Shown here: one piece after another, positions 14,001-27,300 of the stretch
Position numbering within the stretch: the first letter of the stretch is position 1
Layout of the letters: each line of letters opens with the position of its first letter
Source of the DNA: Bugula neritina
Taxonomy: Eukaryota > Animalia > Bryozoa
NCBI GenBank assembly: GCA_964035545.1
Contig: OZ037773.1
Coordinates: 5,733,751 to 5,797,750 of the forward strand
Reading direction: 5' to 3'
Length of the DNA stretch: 64,000 nt
Notes under the pieces: model-generated
Told to the model about the DNA's origin: nothing
The model's database searches: none
Seen by the model: only the letters and a program-made list of their open reading frames with translations
Program-made: the position numbers and the translations under genes

Positions 14001-14920
14001 CTGATTCTGTCTTAAAACACATGTTATTATTTTCTAATTTTAGACTCATGGAACTGTATAGCTTCAGTATTTTTTGTGGACACTGCACACAACGTCATAG
14101 ATTACATTGAAACCATGTATAAGATCTTGCAACCTGGAGGCTACTGGATAAATCTTGGTATACTTTCACTTTCTGTAGTTAGTTTCACTTTGTGTAGTTA
14201 GTTTCACTTTGTGTAGTTAGTTTCACCTTGTGTAGTTAGTTTCAATTTTGTGTAATAATATATTATGTAAATCCATTACATTTTGTTCTCTGGTGGGTGA
14301 TTACTTTTTCATTGGCTAAAATAGCCACAACAGACTGACCTGTTGTCTAATGGTTTGTCACAATCTGATGATATGTAATGATTGTGACGTATATTGTATG
14401 AAAGAAGTGCAAGGGTTCAGGGCTTTTCAATATTTGCCTGTGTTCCAGGCCCTTTGTTGTGGCACTACTCTGACATGCCCAATGAGCTATCAATAGAACT
14501 CAGCTATGATGAGATGAGAGAAGTTATCACTGCTGTTGGTTTTGAATTTATCGTAAGTAACATTCCACTCTCTAGCTTTGGGAGTTATCTTCTTTTTATT
14601 GGCGACATCTTAGTATTTCTACACTCCTCTTACTTGTTCGGAAATGAAGTTTAGAAGTTTTGAAATTTTATTTTTCACAGAATTTATTTTCAGTCAAGAC
14701 GTTGTAACTAGGTTATAACTGAAGTGGCATTTAGTTTGAATTAGACTTCTCTTCATTGTATTCGATACGGGGCATTGCGGACTCGTGACCTAAATGCTGA
14801 CATTTGACCTGTTTTTAGAAGGAGACCCGGTCTCATCCAGCTGCTTATACGGAGAACTCGAAATCCATGCTGCAGTATCAGTACGACTGTGTGTTCTTTG
14901 TGGTCAGGAAACCAGTGTAA
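8037..14920 (+). CDS. CARNMT1: Carnosine N-methyltransferase 1, 3' five coding exons (5' exons not found in window)
   Basis: Exons 8037/8040-8177 ([32 protein letters not shown]), 11449-11627 ([13 protein letters not shown]...[12 protein letters not shown]), 14044-14157 ([30 protein letters not shown]), 14449-14552 (PLLWHYSD...SIELSYDE), 14819-14920 ([24 protein letters not shown]). All introns are GT-AG with compatible phases. Motifs match the CARNMT1/N2227 family, including the SAM-binding VPGAGLGRL. Confidence 0.95.
10130..10350 (+). mobile_element. tRNA-headed SINE, second family
   Basis: A-box TGGTCTAGTGG and B-box GGTTCGAGTCC, followed by an unrelated body and a (GTTT)n tail. Confidence 0.6.
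13330..13543 (+). mobile_element. tRNA-derived SINE family 1, copy 2
   Basis: A-box TGGTCTAGGGG, B-box GGTTCGAACC, core GGTGATGTTAGCAAGAGCATCCAG. Imperfect TSD TCTATCCCATC / TCTATTCCATC. Confidence 0.85.
14163..14250. repeat. 20-bp minisatellite (TTTCACTTTGTGTAGTTAGT), about 4 copies
   Basis: Tandem array starting a few nt after the CARNMT1 donor at 14158. Confidence 0.9.
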
Positions 14921-16410
14921 CTAACCAATCAACTTGCAGAGATCAGCTGCCATCTCGTTTCAACCCATGTTACATATTCACTCTGAATATTTCATATATG
15001 CATTTGTATCACTTGTATATTTTCCATCTCATGCCGTGATTTTTATGAGACTTGTATGATATGCTTTATGGGTAGTTGCGATCAAGCAACGCTACTTATT
15101 CAATAAGGTACATATCCCTGGCAATAGAATGCACATGCTTGTAGAACCTAATTTGTCATATATATAAACAAGATATTAAATATAGTCATGTTTTGTATAG
15201 CATTATTGCTATAGCTCACTCAACAGCCATTCTATTAGGTGTGGAATAACCGTAAGTCATGCTAAAACAACCAGGAGGGGGTAAAATAGAAAAAAATATC
15301 TTATAAGCTTTCAAGTTACCAAATGCTCTAACTTCATTTATGTGATATAATTGGTCATCAAGCTACCAGTAGCAATGATTTGCAGAGACCTTGGAGTAGT
15401 TGGAAACCTGCTTTAAGTACCATTCGAAAAATTCTAATTGTGTTAAAAATTTTGTCAAAATTATGAGCTTGTAATAGGCAAGTGTAATATGCAGATTATG
15501 GCTGCTAAACAAAATATGTAAGATTGTATTCGTAATGCTAAATATATACATTTAAATATATATAACATTTTTTATTTTAGGAAATTTCATAGTAAGCTAT
15601 GATGCATTCACTTTCAATTTATAAAAGTCAATCACCCAATAAAATGCAAGGTTTGACAATCAGATAAATTAGCCAATCAATAACTGTATCACATAAATTA
15701 GTGAATCAAAACTGTATATTTTAAAAATAAATTACGATGTATTCCATGAAGGACGGAACATATACAAGTATACAACATCACGTGATAGTTGATGAAGAGC
15801 TACACTATCTATAAAACAAGAGTGGCATTTTTAGTAAAACACAGAACATGAGGCCGACATTTGCAAATCATCGCAAGCAAATCATAGAGATAATTTGGAA
15901 AGATTGAAATCAAATTGATAATTGATCATACAAAAGGTGATTGCAGAAAGACAATAAAAGAGTAACTGCACATGGAAAAATTACAAGAATATTGTAGCTC
16001 CTAACAAAAAACATAAAATTTTATCACAATTTTACTAGCATGCTAGAACCAAAAGGTATTAAATCCAGAGACAAAATGTGAATCCCAAATAAATACCAGG
16101 TATTGCAAATGGTAAATACATAAATAAACACAAAAACTATACTTTCCTATACAACACACATGAAGTTAGCACTTTTAAAAGAGCAACATCACCTATTAAA
16201 ACTTAACCACTTATTACTAATGAACAGGTACATATTAATAGTGAAATAGTACCATAACATGAGTGCATCAGTGTTCATAACATAAATGATTTAGCGCAGT
16301 ATGAGTACATTTGTATCAAACTGAATCGAAGATATCACTTTAAAACGTCTTCACTTGTGGCCAGTCCAAGAACAAGCGTTGTTTTGGATAATCATGACTA
16401 GAGTTTAGTT

Positions 16411-19400
16411 TTATAACTTGGCTAATATTGTGTCTAACCCATATCTACTGACAATTGCCATACCTAAACAACTAGCTAATACATAATAAAATACTAGAGA
16501 ATTAGTGAGTATTAAATATACAGAGAGAACAGTAGCACTGATCCAAAAAATAATGCATAAAACAAGCCAACACTTTCGGAGTTGTGAGCACTCGACGCTG
16601 TGTTGATCGCCCCAACTATACAGTGTTCTCTTGTCTCCTGTATAAAACTCTCGGAGTTGTTCTTCCTTCTCTTTCCACAGTTCTTTGCAGTAGTCTTGTA
16701 GAGCTAAAGATAGACTGAGTGTCTTAAGAAGTGCATTTGATGAGTGATCTTCATAGAGGTTAATATCGGAGCATTTCTAGTACAATCACCAAAACTAAGG
16801 ATTCCCATCAAATAAAAATTCAAATTATACTTAAAAAGATACGATGACAAATAACTAAAAAAAAAATTCCGCTAATATTATATCTCCAGTATCGTGATCA
16901 TCTGACCACAGAGCACAGAGCTTTACACAAAATAGGTTGGTATTACTACTATGATTGGTTAAAGCTACTATGATTGGTTAAAGCTACTATGAATGGTTAA
17001 AGCTACTATGATTGGTTAAAGCAACAATATCTAGCAAGGGTTATATCATAACTGCCATGTATAACAGCAATTGACTTGGTATCATCTAATTACTCATCTA
17101 CCTTCGTCTTCAACTGGGAGTTGTTTTTTCTTGTGTCTCTTCACATGGAAGTGAACTTCTTGAGGGAATTGTCCTTTCAGAATAGCGAGTTCACTCTGTG
17201 GAATTGTATGTTTATAGGCAACTGTTACATCATACAGACTGTCCAAGTTTCCTGGAATATTATCACACTATATTACATTGTGTGCGTGCGTGTGAGTGAG
17301 AATGTGTGTGAGTGAGAGTGTGATTGAGAGTGCGTGCGCGCGAGTGTGCGTGTTAGTTGAAACAAGGCAATGTCTAACAGAATCAAGTTGGGTAAAAACT
17401 CAAAAGTCTTCAAACATCAATAACCGTATAATTAGGATTCAAATGTGAAAACTCAAATAATTATTTTTTATAAAAGTAAACTTTACTAATTACAAACATT
17501 CCCAACTCAAGATAAATATTAACCTCACGAGTTACAAAAAACAAAAGTGAATACAAACCCTGAGACATGAGTTGCATAGTGTGCGAGAAGCCGGTGACTC
17601 GGGGGTGAAGGACGTATTCGTAACGAGGCAGGTTGTTCTTATCTGCGAAAGCGTGACTTCGCTGCGTAGTAGTCTGCGTCTTGTCGGTTCCTTCCACAAA
17701 AAAGAGCAGCTAAAATGCAAACAAGGGCCAATCATTGCACACAGATTTAATTGATCAAAGTTAGCGACTGCCAAGCTTTCTGTATTTTCAAACATGACGT
17801 AAACAAAGAACAGCTAAACTATTGTACAATGGCTACTCTATTTTACATATAACAAAATATTATGCAAGAATATTATGTGTTACATAATTTATTACAATAT
17901 GATGTATTATACATAATATACTGTACATTATAATGCAATATAAAACATTAAATTTTAACATATTTTAAAATAAGTATTGATAGCAAAATTTATCATTGCA
18001 GAACAGTACACTGGATATACAATGCACTGGATATACAGTGGATTGTACATACACTGCACTGTATATACAGTACACTGTATATACAGCAGAAGTAAGTTTG
18101 GTTACAAATATATTAATTATACATGACCAAAGAGCATCTGAGACCTGATGTTATAATATTAGCTCACATTGATGTCTTTCCTAACTCTTCTGTAATAATG
18201 CAACATATTTCTCAGTATATGCTTGTCTTTATCAAAGCTTCTCTCCATAAAAATGAAGGCAGCGAATTGAGTAGCCCAACCTAAAAGAAAAAGTAAAACA
18301 TCATTCGCTAAAAACATTCCAAACAAAATAGACTTTAAAAGACCATGAAAGTAAGACAGATATAAGGTTCCATTAGAAAGTAACAGAGTCTATGACTGAC
18401 TGAGTTTCAATTAAATGTATGTATACTTTATTAATCATCTCTCAATCACTCCTTTTGAACAAAAACCCCGCCGCCGTAATCATAAAAACATTATACCTAA
18501 TTCCATACCCACAATCCATCAACTAAGGTGAACAATTTGAGTGACAAGTTTGAAAGACAAAGACCCCTACACTTCAAGTTAAATGTCACACAGCACTGAA
18601 ATCATTAGACTAAACTCTAAAATAATGAATTATAAGTCAACGTCTGCCAATAGGCTGGCCCACCTTACTCACCCAAGCCTAGAAGATGTCTGAGGGTAGA
18701 TTTCAGGCTTATTTTAAGATTGTAGACAGTTTTGAATGAATGGCGGTAGAGACAGCACCAGAAGAACATCCAGTCCAGTCGGGTTCTGTGGTTCATGACT
18801 ATAAGATTATCTGCCCCTGGAATACTCTCTATCTTATCTCCACTCACCACAAACTTTATACCGTACAGCAGCTCCATTGTAGCCTGAGATAAACATCGTA
18901 GTCTGAGATTATCATTCAGATTTTGTTACAGATTACCATTCACAAGTAAATGGTAATCTGCAAAAAAATTGTTTATGCAGATTACTTATTCCTAAGTTTA
19001 TATGCTCTATTACTTAAAATTGAAATTAATCTTTAGCGCTTTAAAATAGTTTAGTACAGTGCTCCCTCTGTATCTCACTAAGCTGAGAGTTTCGAAACCT
19101 AAATTTGTGGCATAGCAGAATACCAGATTTAACTTACAGATCCTTTAAATTCAACCATTCTGTCTCTATACACACATACATAAGCCACAAAACAGGGTAC
19201 AAACCCTTTTCGTAACTTATAAAATTTTGCGAAAACTGGAAACATGAGATATAGAGGGAGCGCTGTATTCCTTTTATATGAAAAGTACATGTGCGTTTAC
19301 TGGATAAACCCAAGCCTCATAACAATTACAAGACTGGGAGTTGTCTCTCTCACCACCACAAACATGAGATAATAGGAGACGAAGGCATCAATAGTGTTCC

Positions 19401-19524
19401 GGAAGAGTCTGGGGCTAATCAGCAGGAGAGGCAACTGTGGAACAGTCATGAAACAGATACCGAGAGTAGCTGACAGCGCGAGAAAGGACCAATAGAAAAG
19501 ACCTCCTACAGCTGTCCGCAGCAT
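16411..19524 (-). CDS. LCLAT1: Lysocardiolipin acyltransferase 1-like (AGPAT family), paralog A, 6 coding exons
   Basis: Exons 19524-19354, 18883-18673 (NHRTRLDW motif I), 18280-18168 (GWATQFAAFIFMERS), 17709-17559 (FVEGTD; YVLHPRVTGF), 17251-17102 (LDSLYDVTVAY; EVHFHVKR), 16703-16411 (LWKEKEEQLREFY, two hydrophobic segments, ends TILAKL*). The frame is open across all junctions. Confidence 0.92.
16945..17023. repeat. 19-bp minisatellite (CTACTATGATTGGTTAAAG), 4 copies
   Basis: Direct reading. Confidence 0.9.
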
Positions 19525-20521
19525 TTCTAATCTATAAATACAGAATTTTTACTCTAGAAATACAAGATAGAAAGCTTCTGAGTCAATAGATAAATTTCGC
19601 AGCTTAACTAGAATTTGTTTTAATATCAAAACTTATAATTTGTCATGCAATGTTATCAATGATAAAATATAAATATTAAATATGTTAATTATGTACTTTA
19701 TTTACCCACACTCACACTGGTTCAACTTTATGTTGGAAACCAAAATTATTAACATTTTGATTTAAAAGTATCAAAATTTATTAAATTTAAATCAAAATAA
19801 ATATTGGCATTTATTGAATTAATTCATTGTCATTACAGTGACGAGTGATTGCTATCGCATTCACAGTATCACTATTAAGTATCAGGCATCAACTTCAAGT
19901 TCAATCAAAAGTAATATTAAAAGTAAAAGATTGACTATTACCAACTCTAAGATTAAGACTAAGAGTAAGTGTGGTACTCGTACCAATAGTAATAAATAAA
20001 AGTAAAAGGAGATCTAATAGTAATACAGTAATACTAATAGTAAATGTAATAATTATAATAATAGTAATTGTAATAAAATAAAAATTGCTGCGTTTTACTT
20101 TTTAGTTTTTATCATTATCAATATGAAATTGAATATCAATATGAATTAGAATATCAAATTCAATATGATTATAAAATTAGATATAATTATTAAATTAATT
20201 ATTGTTATAATGAAGCGTTAAGTATCTTATTTTATTGGTGCTACATTTTACGCCAATCTAAGTTTGCCAATACTCATGCTGTGAAACGTGAGTGATTATC
20301 ATCATGATAATATTAATAATCATAATGATAATGAACGTGAATATAGGGGCCGGATATTTGCTTTTGCTCACTTTTAGTGGAATAGCTACAAGTTAGAGCT
20401 GCTAAGAAAATGTTACAGATCTTGAGAAATATCAACGGACGGGTAGGTAGCATAATAGCCTAACTTCTCTAACACTAGCATGGGCAAAAGCACTGAACTC
20501 AAATATCTTTTCCAGTTCAAT

Positions 20522-20770
20522 AGGCAATAGGAGAGATAGCGAAGAGGATATTAAATATGTGACTGAGTTGAAAATAGTGGGGAAGAGAAAGAGAGGACGA
20601 CCCAAACGAAGATAGATGGACACGATAGGAGATGACATGAAGCGATGGGATGTTAAACTGGAGGATGCAAAAGACCGGGAAAGATGGCAGACGCTGATAG
20701 AGATTGGAAACCTGCAGACCGGTCACCCGTACAGGACTATGACCGCATAGGTGTGAAAGTGAAAAGGCAA
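20522..20770 (+). mobile_element. 5'-truncated RTE-like LINE 3' fragment
   Basis: Translates to RRDSEEDIKYVTELKIVGKRKRGRPKRR*MDTIGDDMKRWDV...AKDRERWQTLI. This is the GxRxRGRPxxRWxD...DRxxWR C-terminal signature of RTE-type ORF2, with a stop at the conserved W. Confidence 0.8.
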
Positions 20771-21104
20771 AAGAGTGGTTCTAAGAGCAGCGCCATGTTG
20801 GGGTGAATGAGTGCAGTAGTTGGGTTATCTCCCCAACTCCAACCTTCAGACCCACAAACTACTGCACCAATTCACTCCCAACTCGGAGCTGCATATAAAA
20901 GACTGTAGCGCGAATGACTTTAGTGGTTAATTACCAGTCTCATACTTATATATCAAAAGTGCAATATGCTTCTTTCCCTCTCTCACAGATAAATTGCTGC
21001 ACTAATGACTTCTTTAACTGATACTGCATCTGCTCATAAATAAGAGTAAAAGGGTCAATTCAAATGTCCTGACAAGCACCAGCTTACTGCAGTCTGTAAG
21101 AAAG

Positions 21105-24045
21105 AGTAGTGTCGAACGAAAATTTATAATTTACAAACCATTTTGAATTTTTTTTAATAATAATAATAGTAAGTGAATAATTTGTGTTTGTGTGTATGAA
21201 TATAATGAATCTTCAAATGGAATATCTAAATGGAATTTCGAATATTGTATGAAGGTAGTATTTAACTAGGAATTATTAATGTATGGAATGTGCAAATGAC
21301 GTTCTAATAATGTAGTATAGAGTATGTAAATGAAAATGTTAAAACTCGAATCTCTAAAATATTTTGTGAATGAAATTAATGAAGTATGCAAATGAAAGTG
21401 TATAATATGTGTAAATGGTGTGGAACTGAATTATATATGATGTATATAATGAGTGTAAATGAATGCTTGTGATTAATCAAACTATACTAATTTGTATGCG
21501 TGTAATGGTTCTATTGTGTGATGGTAACAACTCTGGACGTTTGAAAATTTTCGGAGGGCAAATTTAGGACCTGCCCCTCCGAGGAATGAAACTATAAATT
21601 ATGTTTTTTTTGTTTGTTACAAATATCTATTTTTATGATAACTTAGAAACAAATTATAATAGTAAAGATAATAACCAAACCAAAAAGAAAAGAAAGAAAA
21701 CAATTCCAGCGACCCTTCGAGAAATCTTGCTATGCAATAGAAATACTAGCAGCTTACAAAATTAATGAGCCTTCAGATATAACTTTATACAATTTCAACA
21801 TTCAATAATTAAAAACTCTCTCAAAAACAAAAGATGGTTTTTTTTTTTATAATTCGTGCAGCTTAAAACATCCAATAATTTTCTTAGTTCAAATAATAAT
21901 TTTTCTTCAAATATAAATTTCAGGCAGCTTAGACATTCAATAATTTTTCTTAGTTCAAATAATAATTTTTCTTCAAATGTAAATTTCAGGCAGCTTAGAC
22001 ATTCAATAATTTTTCTTAGTTCAAATAATAATTTTTCTTCAAATGTAAATTTCAGGCAGCTTAGACATTCAATAATTTTTCTTAGTTCAAATAATAATTT
22101 TTCTTCAAATATAAATTTCAGGCAGCTTAAACATTCAATAGTTTTTCTTAGTTCAAATAATAATTTTCTTCAAATATAAATTTCAGGCAGCTTAGACATT
22201 CAATAATTTTTTCTTAGTTCAAATAATAATTTTTCTTCAAATATAAATCTTATGCAGCTTTAACATTCAATAAATTCAGAATAATAGTTTCCTTCAACTA
22301 TATAATTATGCTGCTTTTAACATTCAATAGATTCAAAATAATAATTTCCTTCAACTTTTAGATTTATGCTGCTTTTAACATTCAATAGATTCAAATAATA
22401 GTTTCCTTTAACTTTAGATTTATGCTGCTTTTAACATTCAATAGATTCAAAATAACAACATATATAACTCACTATTTGTTTCAGTCTGTCTTGTGTCCCA
22501 GATATATATATGTATATGTGTAAAAAAAATGAATTACATAGAACTACACTTAATAGTCTGTTGCTGCTGCTGCTGTCTTTCTCCTTACTGTCTTTCTTCC
22601 TTTCTCCCTCTCTATATCTCTACTTTATCCCTACTTCATCCTTACTACTCTCCTCTCTATCTCTACAATGCTTATGCTGTTTCTGCCGTCTGGTTTTTAT
22701 AGTAGATTTCTTTGGCAAGCTTTTGATTCCAGGCTAGCGGTAACATTGTAGGATTAATTCCATCAGGCAAGCTGCCAGCCGGCTCACAGCACCAAATAGG
22801 GGGTTTGGTTGACGATAAAAAGCTAAATGTTACAAATTCCAACACCTGAACATGACAATGTAATATTATCCCAAATTCCACAATTAATTGTATAAAATAA
22901 TTTTACCAACCATATCATAGTTGTATTATTTAGGAGATTAGTAATTATATGTCTAGTATATTAATTAAATTTCCGCTTAAAACAGATTTCTAATATAAGG
23001 TTAAACTTAATCCATTAAAATTATATGTCGGCAATTAATGAAATTTCCATGTGAAACCAAATTTCTATGCAAGATTCATTCGAGTTATATAACTGGGATA
23101 TTGATTAAATTTCTTATCAAGACCAATTAAAGTTTTTAATACTTCTCTGTAGGTACACTGTGGTCCACATATATGGCAGAGCAGATATAACGATTTATTA
23201 ACCTGTCACTGAAGTCATCTCATCACAAGTTTCTAAGAAAGGGGAAATCTTCAACACCGAATGACTCATATTTCTTGAAGACATAGCTTGTAAAATATAG
23301 AAGTAAGAAAATAAACATAAGCAGAACATTCCATTCCTGCAAACTTTGCAGAGAGCTTACTCTGATTGCAAAATTTAGCTGCACCACTTGCAAATGGTCT
23401 TGGCAAGCTCTATAGAGGCTCCATTGTATTCTAGTCTTATTTGCATAATTAAAATGAGATATCTCAGATTTAATTTTGAAAACAATGGAATGGTTTTTTT
23501 CCAAAGAACTGTCATATTTGATGTTAGTAAATGTGAGTGAGACTTTCAGCTGTCCCTGATCTAATTTGTATATAATGGGGTAATGCATTCCAAAAATTGT
23601 AAGGGCTGTCATGAAACTTGTACAAGCTGTCACAAGTCTTGTTTCACTTCTAATGCCAGTAAAATTTGGGCGAGGCATGCAGCTGTTCCAGTTCTAATTA
23701 GCATACAATGGGGTTGTGCTATTTTTAAAATAACTGTCTGTAACAATGTAGGCTGTCCTCAATGTTAACTAATTCCGCTCTAGCTTTATAAACTTTCAAT
23801 TCTAGACATTAATATATTAGTACCAAAACAAATGCAGTATCTACTCTGCAAAGATGAAATGCATGGCGTTTTCTTGATCTGACAGTAGCTCTCCAAGCTG
23901 ACTTATTTTTACCTATTGTCTATCATCATTTACTTTTCCTATATTATTACTAATATTTTTATATCAAACAGGCTGATGATTGATTTAACTACAAATAATT
24001 CTGAACACAACTTAATTTTGTTTCATTTTATTTGTTTGGACTACT
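21105..24045. mobile_element. Possible decayed Polinton/Maverick-like or other large DNA element relic
   Basis: Starts AGTAGT and ends ACTACT, flanked by AGAAAG / AGAAAA. Contains a GC hairpin, 66/58-bp tandem arrays and broken minus-strand ORFs (22672-23800). TIR similarity beyond 6 bp is weak. Confidence 0.3.
21858..22455. repeat. 66-bp tandem array (about 6 copies) grading into a related ~58-bp array (3-4 copies)
   Basis: 22-aa periodicity in ORF 21856-22179; shared ACATTCAATA core. Confidence 0.95.
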
Positions 24046-24195
24046 AGAAAAGTAGTGTACAATCTTTTTAAACTGAAAAATATTAGGCCTACTTATAGAT
24101 AACAGACATAAAAATTATCATTGTTATGAATCATGCGAACAGTCTTTGCAATCTATATGTTACAATGTATCTTCTACGTATTAAATATAAATTAA

Positions 24196-24337
<142 letters not shown>

Positions 24338-24346
24338 CCTACACTG

Positions 24347-27300
24347 CTACACAACACTGTGAAGCTGCAACATATCAAAACCACCTAAGTGCCTACTACC
24401 AAGTATAAGACCAACTATACATGTAGTAACATAGGCCAACACTAAATAACTAGTGCTGATCAGGTAAATGGAGTATATGATAAATGGAATCCACACGGAA
24501 AGAGCAAACAACTGCCCTATTGTTTTGGTTATAGAGTTGCCAAAGTTCTCTAAACTGTCGGCTTCTGTGGAGAAATTCGCTTGTTTGGTGTAGAAGTTAC
24601 GCAACTTTTCTTCTTTAGCTTTCCACAGTTTCGAACAAAATGCTTTCAAATCTGCAAAATGCAGTTTAAACTTGCTAGCAATATGATATAGCATGCCTAT
24701 AATACTAACACTGTAAATAAATAATACGTGATAGTTTATAGTGTATAGACTATAGAGTATTATAATATTATTATCCTATGCTCTTTTATATATCAATATG
24801 TTATATTTTATTATGTTATACTATAATCTAAGTTATATTATATCATTGTATTGAACTATAATATTATATTATTTCATATTAGGCATATATTGGTATTTTG
24901 CAAGGCTTATAGAATCAATAAAAGATTTTATAATAATATTTATAACCCCTTCTTAATAACAAAGATGAAAGCCCACATTTAGCGGTAGTGCTAAGACAGG
25001 TATAAGATACTATAATGCCTCTGATCACAGGGTAGCTACTCACCTTGTTTACTTGTGGGTAGATCCTTCACTGGATATTTGGTCACATGACAATGAACTT
25101 CATGTGGTATGCTTCCTTTAACCAGAGACAGTTCATCTGCTGGTATGCTGGTGTCATCTCTGTATGCTATTGTCACATCATACAGGTTCTCTAAGGTTCC
25201 TAAAACACATTTATAAATTTTCATATCTAATAGTTGTTGATTGACGTATGGAGATAAAATATAACATATTATTATTACATCATATTATATAATCATATAT
25301 GAAAAGCAATCAATTACAATCAGCAATTTGCTTGCTACCTGTCTATATATACACACAGAGATTAAATGCATGTAGTTTTTATAGTTCATATATATCTATT
25401 ATAGTTGAATCTTTATGCATATACATTATGTTATTACATTATATAATGTATTGCCATTAAATATCTATGCATATACATAATGTTGTTATAGACAAGAGAA
25501 ATAATTAATTACTATATACTAAAATTCTAAGAATCCTTACATATAATAATATTATATGTAAGGGTTTTAATTACCCTGGTTCTAGGTATGTATGGACCTT
25601 GTATTATCAGCAGGGTCTAATTTTTATATTTCAATGAAATAAATAAAAATGGAACTAAAATATAATTTGAATAAGGCTCTTTATCTGAAACACCATCTCA
25701 TTAAATTTTCATGGGAAGACAACCCACAAAAGAAGTAAGTGTAATGAGGACATAAGCCTTAAGCCCAAGTCTTTAATGTGATTCAACAACCAGTCACTAT
25801 ATGGAAAACCACTAACCAGCATTTCTCATCTCTGTTAGGAAACAGTGAAATCCACTGGTTCTGGGGTGAAGGACGTATCTGTAAGTTGGAAGGCCCTTTG
25901 ATTCGGCGTACGCATCACTCTCTTTTATTGTCTCTTCCTTAAGATCCTTTCCTTCAGGAAACAGCAAAATCTACAAATTAATAATGGCGTGGAAATTATG
26001 GCATCATTCATACCTCATTTTCTGTAATCTTATCACTATTGTGGTAGTAGAATATAATACTTTTTCATTGCAATAGCAGGGACTTCTTGACTGACCCATT
26101 ATTATATACTTATATATGTAGAAAAGTAATTATTATGTTCACTTTTGCATGGATACGAAACTTATATTTTTGTCAACTATCAGCAAACTAACAAAAACAT
26201 TTCAGTGTACATCACTTTTAACAGAGTAACTTCAAAATGAGGCATAATACGGTTATTCCTAGAGAAACATGATGAAGGTTTTACACGATACACCATATTA
26301 TGGCATAAAGTATTGCATTGCGATATGTAAATAAAACAATTTCATACAATGCAATCATATATAAACAACCATAATGCTGACCATGTTTATTTAAGGAAAG
26401 ACAACTTACATTCACATCTTTGTCTACTCTTTTATAATATTGTAGCATATTAGAAAAATGTATTTGGTCTTCCTCCAGTTTCTTCTTTAAGAATATGTAG
26501 CCTATGAACTGACACGCCCAGCCTATAAAACAGTTCATTTGAAGCTTACATTGCACACTACACAATCGTCAATGACTGGGATACAAGGCTATACATGATA
26601 CAAGGAGTTATAGACATAAAGAGTCATGGTTTTTATAATTATGTTGCTCACAATAACTTCAATTACAACAATTACAGTGTTTTCAAACTCTAAGAAGTCT
26701 TCAATTTAACCAATTTCTGTTTTCATGCAATTCCTATTATGGACTTTATACATGCAAAAATGAAGCCAGAATTCAATATTTTCATAAAATATAGAAGTGA
26801 ATTTAAGTGACAGCAGTTTAGCATACTGTTACATAATGTAACTTATACATCTAGACAAGATGTCAAAGCACCAGCAGGTTTATAAACCTTACAGCACCGC
26901 TTAATTCTTACCACTACAATACTAATCTAACTCTTGGAAGAAAAGATTGAACAATGACTTTTAAACAATAGCTCACTCAATAATATACAGAAGATACTAT
27001 ACAGGATTTTCCTTAAAGCTTAATACTACATACACATTCAGCTGCACAATTGCAATCTACAAGCTACCATAGCAAGAATAAGTTCACAGATAAACATAAT
27101 TATAATTACTACAGAAACTTCCCAGCCGTGTACTGTAAAGCTCAAACCCTACTGATGACATGTTGATAGATTTCTAGAAATTTTATTCAACTTTTAATTA
27201 TCAGAATATCATCTTCTGTTTAATAAGCCAATCCTTGTTTCAGGATTTGTCTCCTCTTGTGCTATAAATAAAGCTCCCAGTTTATTAATGTTTTATCATT

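Noticed and set aside
16411-16703. Suspected frameshift or pseudogenisation of the last LCLAT1-A exon (absent from the ORF track)
   Set aside because: Codon-by-codon translation is open to TAA at 16411; the exon simply lacks an early start codon.
21856-22179. 107-aa N/S/F-rich repetitive ORF
   Set aside because: Translation of the 66-bp tandem array (a multiple of 3); no ATG, and it frameshifts in later units.
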